A stretch of DNA of 64,000 nucleotides from Corallochytrium limacisporum Hawaii. Its lineage: Eukaryota; Protista; Pluriformea. How positions within the stretch are numbered: position 1 is the first letter of the stretch; each line of letters begins with the position of its first letter. Positions 36,731-48,900 of this stretch are shown piece after piece. Position numbers and translations under genes: made by a program. Where the stretch lies: assembly GCA_002811645.1 (NCBI GenBank), contig PDIP01000110.1, forward strand, positions 1 to 64,000. The letters are read 5' to 3'. The notes under the pieces are model-generated. The model was not told the DNA's origin. It saw nothing but the letters and a program-made list of their open reading frames with translations, and made no database searches.

Positions 36731-39445
36731 ATGTCTGCAGGGACTGTGGATAGCATCCTGCGCCATCTGTCAAGCATACTTGACGAAACAAGTAAAAGCA
36801 CAAGAGGAAATGTGACGCCGCGGGCGGCCAAAGCACAAGTTGCGGGGATATTTAGAAATTTTACGAGAACTCTGTATAAGAAATATGTCAACAGCATTCC
36901 GAGTAAGGGGCGCCATTCGATCACTGCCCAAGACATCCAAGGGATCAGCAGCAGCCTGCACGAGCAAGGCTGGAATAGGCGATTAAAGCAGACGTTTGAT
37001 TTGGTATTGGGACCAGTGCAAGGCACAGATCAGTTACCCGCGGTAGATAAGGCTCAGTACAATGATGAAGCGACGGCAACTCTTCTGGCTGGACTGGAAG
37101 ACTTAGTTTGTGACCGCGACTTGTTTGAGCCACTATTCACCACCGAAAACCTTCAGATTATTCTTCTGCAGCTGACAAAGCCGCTGAGTGTTGGTACCGA
37201 TCCAACAGGGAAGGCAGCCTTACATATTCTTTCTCTCATGTTGACATACTTTAGAATCGGCACTGAGATCGGAGCGGAAAAACGGAGAATCATGCTTCTT
37301 CGTCCGGTTCTGCGAGAGCTTTTACGGGCAGTGATTACAACCATAGAAGACTATAGCAAAAAACTCCTGCACGAGAGGGCATATCGGGTCGTGGCTCAAG
37401 TGCTTCCTCACATGGATAGTGACGTGAAGCGAGAGATCTGGGACAACAGAGATTTCCTCCGGGTCTGGCAGCACGCTTTGGAAATGTATCTCGACCCAGC
37501 AACGGATGATCTGCACGTAGAGATCTTTGCTAGCCTCTCATCACAGGTTGAGGTCAGAGGTCTCGAAGATCAGTGGTTGAAGAGTGTTCATCTTCTTCTG
37601 CAGCGGGTGGTCAACGTCGCCGACCGTGGTCGGCGCCTAAGAGGATTGGATGCCACGCTGAATGGCATCCACGTGCTCGATAGCAATGGTCAAGGTGTAA
37701 GAAAACCATTGATCGAGAGCCTTACATCAAAAGTGAGTAGCACAAGTGGAGGCGCTGGTACTAATGAACAGTTGTTGGCTATCCAGTGCCTTAGCCATGC
37801 CCCACGGGCTCTGAAGCAGTTTCGAGGAGAAAGTGTCGTGCTAAAGGAGACCAACAGTATCGTCACTTCAATGATTGTGAACGCGACAAGGGAGATTGTT
37901 AATAATGGGTGGGCACTGAGGCCATTACATATTTTGGATCACTGCTGTACGTACTGGATGACCTTGTATGAGAACAACATTGTTAGCACACGGGATTTCG
38001 GGCTGAGGAATGCAACCACGCTGAAGGAGCAAGTATTTGGTCCTGAACTGATGATCACGCTGCTCCGCTTTATTCGGAGTACGTACCCGCTAAGTGCTAC
38101 GCAGGGTGTAATCAAACTGATGTTCTTGCTCTTTCACATCGATAGCTATGTTGCGCAGATGAAGGTTCCAGTACATGAGGTTTTTCTCGTTGTTGTAGAT
38201 TTCATGAAGACGATAAAGAATCGCCACGACAACGCCGGACACGCTATTCTGTGGGCTCCCGAAGATCCAACATTCTCCGTGTTGCTTCATGGTGCCATAC
38301 TTGGGGCTAAGTTGACGTCGATGATGGAAAGCATCGTCATGGAGCAACAAGAGGTCCGCAATGCAATCCACCAACTCCGCGCTCTGGGTGCCCACTCCAC
38401 CGAATTTGAAGGCCAAAAGGGATTCATGCTCTTCCAGACATACATTGCTCTGGCCATGGCTCATATGGGAATCTACGGAATTGAGGACAGCATCGGTAGA
38501 GACTTGTCCCACTTCATTGACAATCCATTGTTGCATGATACGAAGATTGTGGGTGGCGACGGTCTACCATTGTACGCGCATAAGGCGGTCTTAAGTGCGC
38601 GATGTGCCATCTTTGCAAATCGTCTAGAAGAGGTCTCCGCAGCCACGCAAGACGGTGTCGTAACTCTGTCTATGACAAGTATGCCAAGACGAAGCCTCCT
38701 GCACCTGCTGACATATATTTACCAGGGATATGTAGAGAACTTGACAGCAGGGGATCAAGAAAACCTTTTGACCGTTGCTAAGAAGGCGAAGATGAAGGCC
38801 CTCCGAGATCTGCTGTCTCTCAAACGACCGGTCCTGACGGATCTCAGGACGGTATCCGCAGATATGCAGGAGATGTACCTGGCCGACAGGCTATGTGACG
38901 TATGCATCACTGGATTCCGTGACATGGAGGGGCGCGATATCGAAGTAAGATGCCATCGTATCATGCTCTCTCTCGGTGCGCAGTACTTCAGTGCGATGTT
39001 TCACTCAGAGGGTGTGGACGATGCCTGGCAAGAAGCCAACACCGGCAATGTGAGCTTGGGTGACTTTAATGTAGCAGTGATCCGCGCCTGTGTGGATATC
39101 TTGTACAACATGCCCATGGAGGCTGCACTCCACGGTGATGTGGCTCTGTCCCTGAAAACGGAGCTACTGCTGCAGTGGGTGATGCCCACTGCGCCAACCA
39201 TTTTGCCGCAGATTCAGGACTACACCGCGCACCTGTGCGAGGATCTGATCCAGGATGGCAATGTCCTGGAGTATCTCTGGATTCTGTCCAGTGGAACCCG
39301 TAATGATGAGGTACTGGATGTGTACCTGAATTGCGTTATCCGTAATTACTCCAAGGTCCAAGACACAGCCGCATTTCAAGATCTCGATAATCGCACCCGA
39401 CAAATGATCCACCAGTTCTACCTAGAAAGTGCAAAAGGGACATGA
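36731..39445 (+). CDS. protein with an alpha-helical (ARM-like) N-terminus and two tandem C-terminal BTB/POZ domains
   Basis: BTB1: HDTKIV..LYAHKAVLSARCAIF..LLTYIYQG. BTB2: LCDVCI..VRCHRIMLS..YFSAMF..WQEA..ILY. 904-aa clean ORF. Confidence 0.85.
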   Translation: MSAGTVDSILRHLSSILDETSKSTRGNVTPRAAKAQVAGIFRNFTRTLYKKYVNSIPSKGRHSITAQDIQGISSSLHEQGWNRRLKQTFDLVLGPVQGTDQLPAVDKAQYNDEATATLLAGLEDLVCDRDLFEPLFTTENLQIILLQLTKPLSVGTDPTGKAALHILSLMLTYFRIGTEIGAEKRRIMLLRPVLRELLRAVITTIEDYSKKLLHERAYRVVAQVLPHMDSDVKREIWDNRDFLRVWQHALEMYLDPATDDLHVEIFASLSSQVEVRGLEDQWLKSVHLLLQRVVNVADRGRRLRGLDATLNGIHVLDSNGQGVRKPLIESLTSKVSSTSGGAGTNEQLLAIQCLSHAPRALKQFRGESVVLKETNSIVTSMIVNATREIVNNGWALRPLHILDHCCTYWMTLYENNIVSTRDFGLRNATTLKEQVFGPELMITLLRFIRSTYPLSATQGVIKLMFLLFHIDSYVAQMKVPVHEVFLVVVDFMKTIKNRHDNAGHAILWAPEDPTFSVLLHGAILGAKLTSMMESIVMEQQEVRNAIHQLRALGAHSTEFEGQKGFMLFQTYIALAMAHMGIYGIEDSIGRDLSHFIDNPLLHDTKIVGGDGLPLYAHKAVLSARCAIFANRLEEVSAATQDGVVTLSMTSMPRRSLLHLLTYIYQGYVENLTAGDQENLLTVAKKAKMKALRDLLSLKRPVLTDLRTVSADMQEMYLADRLCDVCITGFRDMEGRDIEVRCHRIMLSLGAQYFSAMFHSEGVDDAWQEANTGNVSLGDFNVAVIRACVDILYNMPMEAALHGDVALSLKTELLLQWVMPTAPTILPQIQDYTAHLCEDLIQDGNVLEYLWILSSGTRNDEVLDVYLNCVIRNYSKVQDTAAFQDLDNRTRQMIHQFYLESAKGT

Positions 39446-39528
39446 ATTACCGGGTTGAGAATTGATCGACGATTCACAAATTACACGCATTCTTGTAATC
39501 GATTGTAATTATTTCGCAGGTTCTATGC

Positions 39529-40989
39529 TTAGTTTGGTGCCAGTTTCTCCGTGCCCTGCGGGCTCTGCGGGTTCTGATGCGACGCCGCGTGCTCGTGCTC
39601 ATCCGTCAAGTGGGTGCGCAGGATTGTCGGCGGGAAGCGGACCGTGAATGTGTACATGGAAAACGCCTCAGTCATGATGCGTCCCGTCTGCAGATCAACC
39701 TTGGTGGGCCGTTCCCGAACGCGCGGGTCGAAGCTAACCTGGAAGCCACGATCCGTGAGCACGTCAATAACCATATCAACAAACCCTTCGTCCTCGAATG
39801 CGGGATTGTCACTGCGTACAAGACAAATACCCGCGAAACAGTGCTTGCGCAGCTTCGGTACAAAGTCCGACTCGATCAAGCGCACAGCGCTGCGGAACTT
39901 TGTCGGAGTATTTTGTTGGTAGCCGTCCAGACGGCCCACCAGGTCAGCCTTGGCATTGCGGCTAATCTGTGATGCTAAGGGGACCACTTGCAGGGCATCA
40001 AAGGTCTCTTCGCTCAGCTCCATGCTGCTCTGGTATTCGAATTGCTGCTGAATGCTGCGTTGGACTGTCTCCAGTGAGCCTTGGGCGTTGATGAGATAGA
40101 AGGGGAAGTGCTTTCGCATTTCTAGCAGAGTATCGTAATGATCCTTGAAGATCTGGTAGCGCTTGCGAATCAGGCGCTCGTCATAGTCCGTGGCGCGCTC
40201 CTCCTTCAGTTGTCCGTGTCCCGAATCCCGTACCCGCTTGTTGTGCTCCTTGATTTGGACACCACGCTTCAGCTGACGCTCCAGTGATTCCTTCTCAGTC
40301 ACGTAAAGCACCACAACACGCTGCTGCGGCCGTGGAAACAGCTCACGCAGGGCAGTGCCGAAGTAGTTGCTTCGGAGCTGTAGCATTCGCTCGTTCAGGA
40401 GGTGCAGACACCGCACCTGCACCTTTGTGCGGGGAAACCCGTCAACCAATGCTCCCTTCTGGTACTCCTCTCGCAGCAAGGTCCGGAACAGCAGCTCTAC
40501 AACATCAGCGTCACCAATCATATCACCACGATCAATGAACTTCTGGAAATCCGCGTTCTTAAGTAGATCACTCATGACTATAGCTTCCGACGCAATGCCA
40601 CGTGCCTTTAGTAGGAAGCCCGTGTTGGCACCCTTACCTGCACCAGGCGCACCGTTTAGCCAGATAATCTCACGGGGAAAATTCATCTTTTCCTGCCCAA
40701 ATTCCTTCTCCAGGCGGCCCCAAACGTAGTCAAAGATGACGTTGGCGTCTTTAATCTCACGCAGGCCACTAAGGTTCTCGAGGTTTTCCTTACGCAGATC
40801 CTCTGGCTCGCTTTCCGCGTCCACGGCGGCATTTACCCCGTTCGAGTAGAAGCGCCGTGTGGCGAAGACAGCACCAATCGTAGAGATTTGTCCGACTGAA
40901 GAAGCGGGACGCATGAGCTGACGCTGTGACATTGACGACGACGCCAATAGGGGCCGTGCCTGTCTCAGGCTTGCTCTGAGTACGTTCAT
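39529..40989 (-). CDS. atypical adenylate/nucleoside monophosphate kinase with a probable mitochondrial presequence
   Basis: P-loop WLNGAPGAGKG, GALVDGFPRT..Q, SLERQLKRG and RATD lid region. Arg/Ser/Leu-rich N-terminus without acidic residues, ending RRFYS. Confidence 0.88.
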   Translation of the reverse strand: MNVLRASLRQARPLLASSSMSQRQLMRPASSVGQISTIGAVFATRRFYSNGVNAAVDAESEPEDLRKENLENLSGLREIKDANVIFDYVWGRLEKEFGQEKMNFPREIIWLNGAPGAGKGANTGFLLKARGIASEAIVMSDLLKNADFQKFIDRGDMIGDADVVELLFRTLLREEYQKGALVDGFPRTKVQVRCLHLLNERMLQLRSNYFGTALRELFPRPQQRVVVLYVTEKESLERQLKRGVQIKEHNKRVRDSGHGQLKEERATDYDERLIRKRYQIFKDHYDTLLEMRKHFPFYLINAQGSLETVQRSIQQQFEYQSSMELSEETFDALQVVPLASQISRNAKADLVGRLDGYQQNTPTKFRSAVRLIESDFVPKLRKHCFAGICLVRSDNPAFEDEGFVDMVIDVLTDRGFQVSFDPRVRERPTKVDLQTGRIMTEAFSMYTFTVRFPPTILRTHLTDEHEHAASHQNPQSPQGTEKLAPN

Positions 40990-42146
40990 GGTTCCGTTAT
41001 ATATTCAACACGCACAGAATCCAGTATTGCTCCTTCAGCACGCTATAAACCCACAACGGAACCTATCATCCATGTTACGGTCTCACAGTTACCGATCCAA
41101 TTGTTTCCATAAAGATTCAGCTGCTTGGTTGGGATTCACAGCAACACTCTGTTCCTACCCTTTCGTACCTCAGGTCGCCACAGCAGAGTTTGGGAACGGA
41201 TGTCACCATACTCGGCCGGTCTCAACGCCCGCGCAGGGACTGAAAGTGTGCGGTCCCACACGCATAACGTGCTTGCCTGCCACTTGCACTCAAACGTTGC
41301 CTCACGTTTCTGAGTTTCGGTCCGTTGTGCCCGGAGACTCGAGCGGAGAGACGCTTTAGGAAGGAGCAGAATAGGCTGCAAAGCCCGCGAAACCCGCCAT
41401 TCCCCCAACCAATCATTTCCTCGCCTATCGCTGCCCTCGCCCGCGCGCGAGAGTTCGATAATCTCTGCACAGAAACCCATTATTCCATATATTCAGTATA
41501 GGTATAAACAGAAATTGGACAGAGAACACCTATCGAAAATTACGCCAAATGGGATTCGCTTGTGCAGTTATTTTCCCACAAATCGTGAGACTCGCAATGC
41601 AGTGGAAATATAAAATACCGTATATTTACATATACACTTAACATACATTCTATATACATATGGATATATTACAAAATATCCGTATGAATTACTATTGCAT
41701 GTGCTATACCCACGTTCATCAGTGCTCATTACGTCCATGTCCCCCACTTCTCGCACTCCCCGTCAACTGCTGGTTTCCTATACTGAAACAACCATCCCTC
41801 TCCCACCTGGTCACCACTCGAAAGGACAAATATCATTGGGAAAGGTATCATCGCTTTTCTAATACCAGCCTCGACACGGCCCGGCCCCACGAAATTCTTC
41901 TCTGCTTTCCGCACTTTCTTTGCTTTTCCTCTTGTCTTTGTTTATTGCGGAGCGGTATAGATTCAGTTCGTGGGGGAGGGGGCCGATCTCCCAAGCTGTC
42001 AGCCCTAATTGTTGGACGCACAGGGAAGATAATGTGATTGAGGAGGCAGGCCCAGACAAGATCTCCAACGGTAGCAGACAAATGCCATGATGTTTATTTA
42101 CTATGACGTTGTTTTTGGACATGCTCATGGATGATCGTTCACAAAT

Positions 42147-43007
42147 CTACAGGCTGACCGGCTTGTAGAAGACGGTGGTGACATACTTCTTGCGATAGCG
42201 ATGGGTTACTCCTAGTACCATGACACCGTCCTTTACGCTAAGTGCGTAGAGATGGTTAAGCATAACATGGTTAGGAACCGGAAGCAAGGTAGGGTCTTCT
42301 GGAGTCACCGGATCCGAGTTCAGGATGACCTGTAACAAGTGCGGAGGCAACGTCGGTGGTGCCTTGGCAGAAGCCGCAGCAAAGTTTGGCATCTCTTGTC
42401 CATACTCGCCCTCCGGACTTCCCGCCCGATTCTGTTGCACTTCCTCCAGTTCATCAGAGTTTGGCTTTTGGATGACAATGTAATTGTTCATCGTACCCGA
42501 TTGATCAGGAATGGTGGGTGTATCCGGATTGACTTTAAACTCATCGTCCACAATGTACTTGTAGTGGTGCGTCCCAACAGGCAAGTCAATTATGGTCGCA
42601 AACTCTTCGTGACTGCTGCGCAAGGGAATTCGTTCCCGCCAGTTGTTGAAGGTACCGGTGATGTAAACCATCTTACCGCCGTGTCTCCATCGAAACAGTG
42701 TTGGCACGGTTTCATCCTCTTCAGGGGACTGGTCCTCTCCCTGTGGTCCGAATTCAAAGACTTGCCTATCATTTGGACTGTTAGGCAATGATGGCATAAA
42801 CATCGATTCCTTGATCGGCTCCTCCGCTGACTGCCGCACACTGCTAGTGCCACTGGATCCTCCTGTGGATCGTGAGTTACTGTCCCTCTGCTTCGCCTTC
42901 TTGATGGCCTTCTTTACTGCCGGTGGCCCATCAAAGTCTCTCGGAGACTGCTGCCAATACCGGCTGTCTATCTCCCCCTCGCGTTCTTTACTATTGCCTT
43001 GACCCAT
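42147..43007 (-). CDS. PRKAB: AMP-activated protein kinase beta subunit
   Basis: MG..S myristoylation start, CBM48 (PTLFRWRHGGKMVYITGTFNNW..GTHHYKYIVD), C-terminal PPTLPPHLLQVILN..LPVPNHVMLNHLYALS..THRYRKKYVTTVFYKP. Confidence 0.96.
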   Translation of the reverse strand: MGQGNSKEREGEIDSRYWQQSPRDFDGPPAVKKAIKKAKQRDSNSRSTGGSSGTSSVRQSAEEPIKESMFMPSLPNSPNDRQVFEFGPQGEDQSPEEDETVPTLFRWRHGGKMVYITGTFNNWRERIPLRSSHEEFATIIDLPVGTHHYKYIVDDEFKVNPDTPTIPDQSGTMNNYIVIQKPNSDELEEVQQNRAGSPEGEYGQEMPNFAAASAKAPPTLPPHLLQVILNSDPVTPEDPTLLPVPNHVMLNHLYALSVKDGVMVLGVTHRYRKKYVTTVFYKPVSL

Positions 43008-43933
43008 GGTTGAGGTGTTCTGTGTTCACTATATCTCAATTCTTTTGTTTTTTTGTTCTCTGCGCTTTCCGCTTGGCTCCTTACACCATGCCCGCGAGCA
43101 CAAAGATATACTTGATTACATTTACGTCGCTCAAATCCTGTAAATATTTATTTGCTCTCGGTGCGTACGGGACAAGAACACCCTTTTGTTCACGGTAATT
43201 AACGATGATTTTTAATTTATTAGTTGAGAACTAGTAGATGTGTGTCTTCTTTTAGGTTGCCAGCACGAACCAAACAAAACTCTCAACAGCACTGTTGTGA
43301 CATTCCATCGGTGCCGGAGCCAAAACACACCACCCCCCCTCCTTCCGGGGGCCCCGGTAGGGTGGCAAAAACGTCGCCTTCCCCATACAGAACCAGCGCA
43401 GTGCCACAGCAAACTTACCCCTTGGAGCGCTACTGCAGGGCCCAAATCTTTTGAACCCCCTCCCTACCCAACCCGAGCACGAGCCGGAGGCGAAGTAGAT
43501 ATTGAGGAAGGGTTCGTAGTGCAGCAAGTCCCGCAAAGAAAATCCTTGCAGCCGGATGAGTAGGGAGGGACGAGGGTCCCCTGGCTTTTGCACTGCACTG
43601 CCCAAGTCTTCCCCCTGCCCCTCTATGCCGACTTTATACCCTGTCTCCCACAGCTCTCTCATCGCCAGTTTCTCATGGGCCGTTCCATAGTAAATTACCC
43701 GTGGAGTTGTTGGTAGGCTAGTCGGTCCCCTCCCACTGGCTCCCTGTACATTCTCTCGTCGACCCCCACGGGCTGTGTGCCCGCTCGGACGCGATCTCGA
43801 GGGCCGCAGGTCCGCTCGGGATACTGCGTGGGTTCGGGTACTCCAGGCCAACGTGACTTGGGCGACGTTGATTGATGACAAGGAGCTTGTTATGGAGATG
43901 TGACCTGTACCAGAATTGTATCAGAACCTACAG

Positions 43934-44350
43934 ATGTACTCTCATAGACTATTTCGGCGCTGATGGGTGAAAATTGTGGGAAACAGCACTGATTGTGCTG
44001 TCGGACTACACACACTTCTCTACAAGGGATCTGAAGCGAATCAATAAGCGAACATCAGGGGATGCGTACACGGACGACCCTTAGATCCCCACCGTGCGAT
44101 AGCGATATTTGCCATGTCAAGAGTCAGTATGGCAACATCGCATCAGGAACGTATTGATGCCGCCTTCTTGCTACTGGATCCACTAGATACGGGAAGTATT
44201 GACGTGGATACGATGGTTGACACACTCAAGTCGAACCTCCCAGCATTCTACACGGAGCGCCGCATTGAGGTGCTCAGGGAGGACTTTGACAGAATCGCAC
44301 CTTCGGGAAGGTTGGACAGACCTGTACTAGAGCAATTGATTTTCGGATGA
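43934..44350 (+). pseudogene. degraded EF-hand (calmodulin-like, possibly EFCAB11-like) gene; only the C-lobe is intact (44114-44350)
   Basis: 44114-44350 reads as an EF-hand pair (ERIDAAFLLLDPLDTGSIDVDTM..IEVLREDFDR..SGRLD). Upstream pieces in shifted frames (RR*WVKIV; LWETALIVLSDY..STRDLKRI) resemble an N-lobe but are broken by stops. Confidence 0.5.
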
Positions 44351-44367
44351 GGAGTTGAACCTCTTCT

Positions 44368-45546
44368 TTAATTGGCCCATGTAATGGGCTCTGTGATGTA
44401 CAATTTACGCGCACCTGCTGCCCTACCTGGGACGGCAGTGCGAGGCGTTTGGCGTAGAGTGGTGTCTTTCACTAGCGTCCCTCCATGTTTGTCACTATCC
44501 GCATCAATTGTACGAGGTGCCGTGTCCTTGAGGAAGCGTAGGGTTTCGTTAACTGAAAGGCTCTCGATCTCTTCATACGTTGCCATATCCGACTGGGCAA
44601 GGAGGCGTAGACCACCCCGCAGATATCGACCCAACCGAGGGGCCCAAATGGGCTCTTCATTGAGATAATGCAGACGCACCCCTTTAGCATGGAACAAGGC
44701 CTCTGCCTGCTTCGTGAAACTCTCTTCCATGCGCTCTGTGAGGAACCACACGCTGTCGAAGAAGGAACACCTGGCCACTGTCTCAGCTTTCAAGCCGTTG
44801 CCAAAGAAGATCGGAGTTCGTAGACCGTTGTGATCGTTTCGGTCAGGATTGCATATAGTATTGATCAGACCCTCCTCACCCCCAATTTCCTTCAAATTCC
44901 ACAGGCGGATCCCACTGCCAGCATTCTTGCGCACCTCTGATACTTCATAAGAATCCCTACATACTACTACAGTTGAACCGCCTAACCGATTCGCAGTGTC
45001 AATCATCAATGCGGTCAACAGATCCACTGCTGTAATAACCAAAGTAAATGATATCATTTCACTCTCTTGGCTTTGATCGTTTCCATTTGCACTCCCATTT
45101 CTCCCATAGACCGGTCCCATCCATGTTCCCAACGTCTCATACACCTGCGCACACAGGACGAGATCCCATAGTAAAGCAGCTGCCAATGTGGGCTTTAAGG
45201 ATTCCGGCAAGGGGCAGACAAGTTCAACATCTGCCAAACAGTACTCTCCCAGTCCATAATGCCCAGGTTCAGACGGTGATAGAATTGCAGCTACGACATC
45301 ACCAGCTTCAATACTTGCTACTTTACTTGACACCACGGATCCCACCACCTCCTGTCCGGGATGAATCACACTGCCGTAGCCTTGGTTTCGTTTAATGGAA
45401 CGGTAATGTGCAACATTAAATGGACGGACTCTGGCGGCGATGATTCGAATTATCACTGTTGATGCCGATGTCTGTAAATCTGTGCCATCAATGTCATTGA
45501 CGTGAAATTCGGGCTCGTGACTTAGCAAGGCCGAGATCACTTTCAT
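44368..45546 (-). CDS. quinone oxidoreductase-like protein (CRYZL1-like, degenerate MDR fold)
   Basis: PGQEVVGSVV..V..I..GDVVAAIL..GLGEYC..LVCPLPE..AAALLWD; C-terminal LFHAKGVRLHYLNEE..GRYL resembles CRYZL1. No canonical Gly-rich NAD(P) loop. Confidence 0.7.
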   Translation of the reverse strand: MKVISALLSHEPEFHVNDIDGTDLQTSASTVIIRIIAARVRPFNVAHYRSIKRNQGYGSVIHPGQEVVGSVVSSKVASIEAGDVVAAILSPSEPGHYGLGEYCLADVELVCPLPESLKPTLAAALLWDLVLCAQVYETLGTWMGPVYGRNGSANGNDQSQESEMISFTLVITAVDLLTALMIDTANRLGGSTVVVCRDSYEVSEVRKNAGSGIRLWNLKEIGGEEGLINTICNPDRNDHNGLRTPIFFGNGLKAETVARCSFFDSVWFLTERMEESFTKQAEALFHAKGVRLHYLNEEPIWAPRLGRYLRGGLRLLAQSDMATYEEIESLSVNETLRFLKDTAPRTIDADSDKHGGTLVKDTTLRQTPRTAVPGRAAGARKLYITEPITWAN

Positions 45547-45998
45547 TGTTTCCCGCTACAGTCCAATTCTTCTTTCAACCTACATATCCCTATTACCGCA
45601 ATCGACTGTATGTAGGTTCGTCTGTTTTACGCAGTCCAAAGGAAGCATTGGGTTCCACAGAGCCCAAGTACCCTTTGTGATGCCCGCTGCTCACTCCTTG
45701 GCACCGCAAAGTGATAACATTACTTGGCGGGGGTCTCCTCCACACCGCCCACTTTGGGGAGGGTGGGGGGAGCGGAGCAAAGTGACCAAGCCTGAGAACG
45801 ATCGAGGTGAGAATCCGTTGACAATGATCCGCCGCATTCAAAGGGTATAGAAGTCAAGTCGGTTACAATAAGCAATTCGATGTCGGGCAACTAAAGCTCC
45901 GTAAGGGTCTATCTAAATGCTGAACAAAGATGTATCCGTTTATCCAGCAACTGAGGAAAATGTTCGGTACCTGATGGCGTAGATCAAGCCGTGTAAGT

Positions 45999-48900
45999 AT
46001 GAGCAAGTTAAAGGACTTACTCAAGGGCGCCAAGGACTGCCTTGACACAGACCGTTATGAGGAAGCACTATTGTGGCTCAAGGATGCGATTGCCAAAGAC
46101 AAGAATTCGTACTTGGCGTACACAATGTCCGGTGCTGCATTTGCTGGAATTGGTGATGCAAAGAGCCTCGACAAAGCAGAACAGGCGTACCGAAAGGCTA
46201 CGGATCTGAAGCCCGATAATCCTTTGGCATGGCGTGGTTTGTTCAAGCTCTATATGGACAACATAAAGTACAATACTACAAAGAGAGCTGAAGTGATATG
46301 TGACGTTGGCGAGCACTTGCGTACACTTTCTTCGTATAGCGAGCAGCCAGTAGAGAAGCAAATTGAGATTCTAGAGGCCCTTGCAGACGCACATGCCGAT
46401 CTCGGGAACCAGTCGCAGGCCATGCAGATATTTATGACTCTCGGAGAGATGTATAAGACCATAGAAAATGGAAGTAAAGCAGCAACAGCGTTTGCGCGTG
46501 CGGCCACAGTGTATGCGGGAGCGAGTGTAACGAAAGGTGATTCCATCATGGAAGACTTTGACATCACAGATGAGTACTTAAAGTGCTTAAAGTCACTGAT
46601 CTTCCATCTCTCACAGGACAGATCGAGGATAGAACAAGTGCGTGCTTCTTCTGCCAGGTTGGGCAAAGGCATCGTCACGCAGTTCCTGCAGCGTGCGCGT
46701 GGCTCAACTGAGGCGGAGCGAAATGCATTATGCAAGGCTGCACTGGAAGCCATCGATCAAAACATGAAACGGAGTATAGTGCCTGGTGCTTTCCGACCCC
46801 ATGCAATTCTCCTAGCATGTGATGACGTCAATCTGAGTGATGACATCCATGCCATCATTGAAGATCTTCGCCAAGTCCAGGATAAATACACATCCGCGAA
46901 AGGTGGGGCCATTGGCGCAGTCAAGGAAACGGATGACCTTGACGAATTTCCACAGTGCAGTCTGATGAATCTTCCGAGTCTCTGGACCAGGGCGCTGCAG
47001 GCATCTCATCGAACAGGAACGGAAGAGGAGGACCTACGAATCATCTTGAAATGTGTTAAGCGGCTGACTGAGAATTTGGACTGCTTGAGGTACATGAAAG
47101 TGGAGACACTACTTGGTATCGTCAATGTAGAGTTACTTGCAAGTGGTCCCGCCACGTCAAAGACGCAAGCCTTGCATATCCTGGAGGACATGGATATCAT
47201 CCCTGCCCTGTGGAAGTACAAACGGTTGTTCATTATCGCCAACAGTGTAGGAGACCAGCTTAAGGCCGAATCTGCATTAAGCAAATGTCTAGAAATCGAC
47301 AACAGCGACTCGGAGCTGTGGCTGAGGCAAGCATTGTTATTGGCGAAATCTACAGAGGTCGACAAAGTGAGGGCGCTAGATGCCATCAATCAGGCCAGAA
47401 AGTTGAGTCCTCAAAATGCCCTAATACTGCGAACTTGGGGTACTTTGCATATGAAGCTGTGTGATGACGTGGAATTCAGAGAACTACAGCAGGACATTCA
47501 AAAAGCAATGCTATTGGCGGCAAGGAGGAATGCTGATGACCCAGAGTCCTTCCATGTGTTAGGAGAGTACTACGAACGCTGTGATCAATCCCTGCAGGCC
47601 TTGAAATGTTATTTCAAGGCTGTGAAATTGAGCCCGACTACGATGTATGAAATGGGAGAGAAACTACAGGACATGATGATCACACACGGCGAGAAGGGTA
47701 TGCAGCTGGAGTTGTGGCAGCTACTTAGTGAGTCGGCACCTACAGGCAACGCGACTTGGGCATCAGAAGCATGGGGAGATCATCTTTTCTATACTTGCCG
47801 AGGCTTCAGTGGTGCAGCCAAAGCTTACCATAAGGCCCTCAGAGGTACCGAAGAGCAGAAGAATCCTTGGCTGTGGGAGAAGCTGGGGAACGCATATATG
47901 AAAATGGGTCAATTGCCTGCTGCAGCGCGTAGTTTCTTACAAGCAATAGACTTGTACGATGACCAATCTGCGAAGGTTGGGCCGTCAGTCTCGCTAGCAT
48001 ACAGTTACTACCGCCAGGGGCAGGCTGCAGAAGGGCTTGAGATCTTGCAACGACTGGAAGCGTCTGAAGTTACAATGGAACCGGAGATCAAGTACATCAT
48101 TGGATACAATTCTGCAATCATTCATGACTATCTGCATCGAGAGATGTTCCTAGAGCGTCGCAATGGATCCGCGTGTGACCATGCCATGGCAGCCATCAGA
48201 CACTTGATCAGCTGCCAGACATACGCACACGCGGACCACACAGAGATCCTCAATATGATCTGCAGACTGACAGTATCTTTATTCTACAATATTGACGCGA
48301 ACCGTCATTTGAAAGACTTGGCATCCTTGCTGCAAGAAGCTCTTGGGGCCCAAAGCTCGGATGCCTTACATGACCGGAAATCCATCCTGAAAGCTGTGTT
48401 AGAGCATTTCAAAGATTGTATGGCGTCGGATCCAACTACCTACACACCGCGCTACAACTATAGCACGGTCGTCTTGGAATTGATGGACGAGACGGAGGAT
48501 GATGACGTCAGCGATTTGTGTGAACAAGCATTGAATGTGATGTCGGAGGCTGTGGTGCTACGTCCGGACGTCCCATCTGGTTGGGAACTCTTGGGAATAC
48601 TGGCTTTGCTCAATGACGAACCATGTTTGGCCCAGCATGCGTTTATTTCCCGGTTGAAACTACGAGAATCAAGCCGTGGTTGGTGCCTTCTTGCCATTCT
48701 GTACTACCTGCAGAGGAATGTCCAGCTGGCCTTTGAATGCCTGCATCGCGGACAGATGTCCGATGTGCTCTATGGCAAGGTGTGGACCGTTCAAGCAGTA
48801 GTGGCGGAAGATGCAGGCAACTTTGTGGAGGCCGTGAATCTTTGGCGGCAGAGTGCTGCTCTGTCGACAGAGGTCAATGCCGCCCTGGGCTATGCCGCTA

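Noticed and set aside
43560-43930. LPCAT-like or small-GTPase-like fragments upstream of the EF-hand remnant
   Set aside because: Only a few scattered residues match; no catalytic or P-loop motif.
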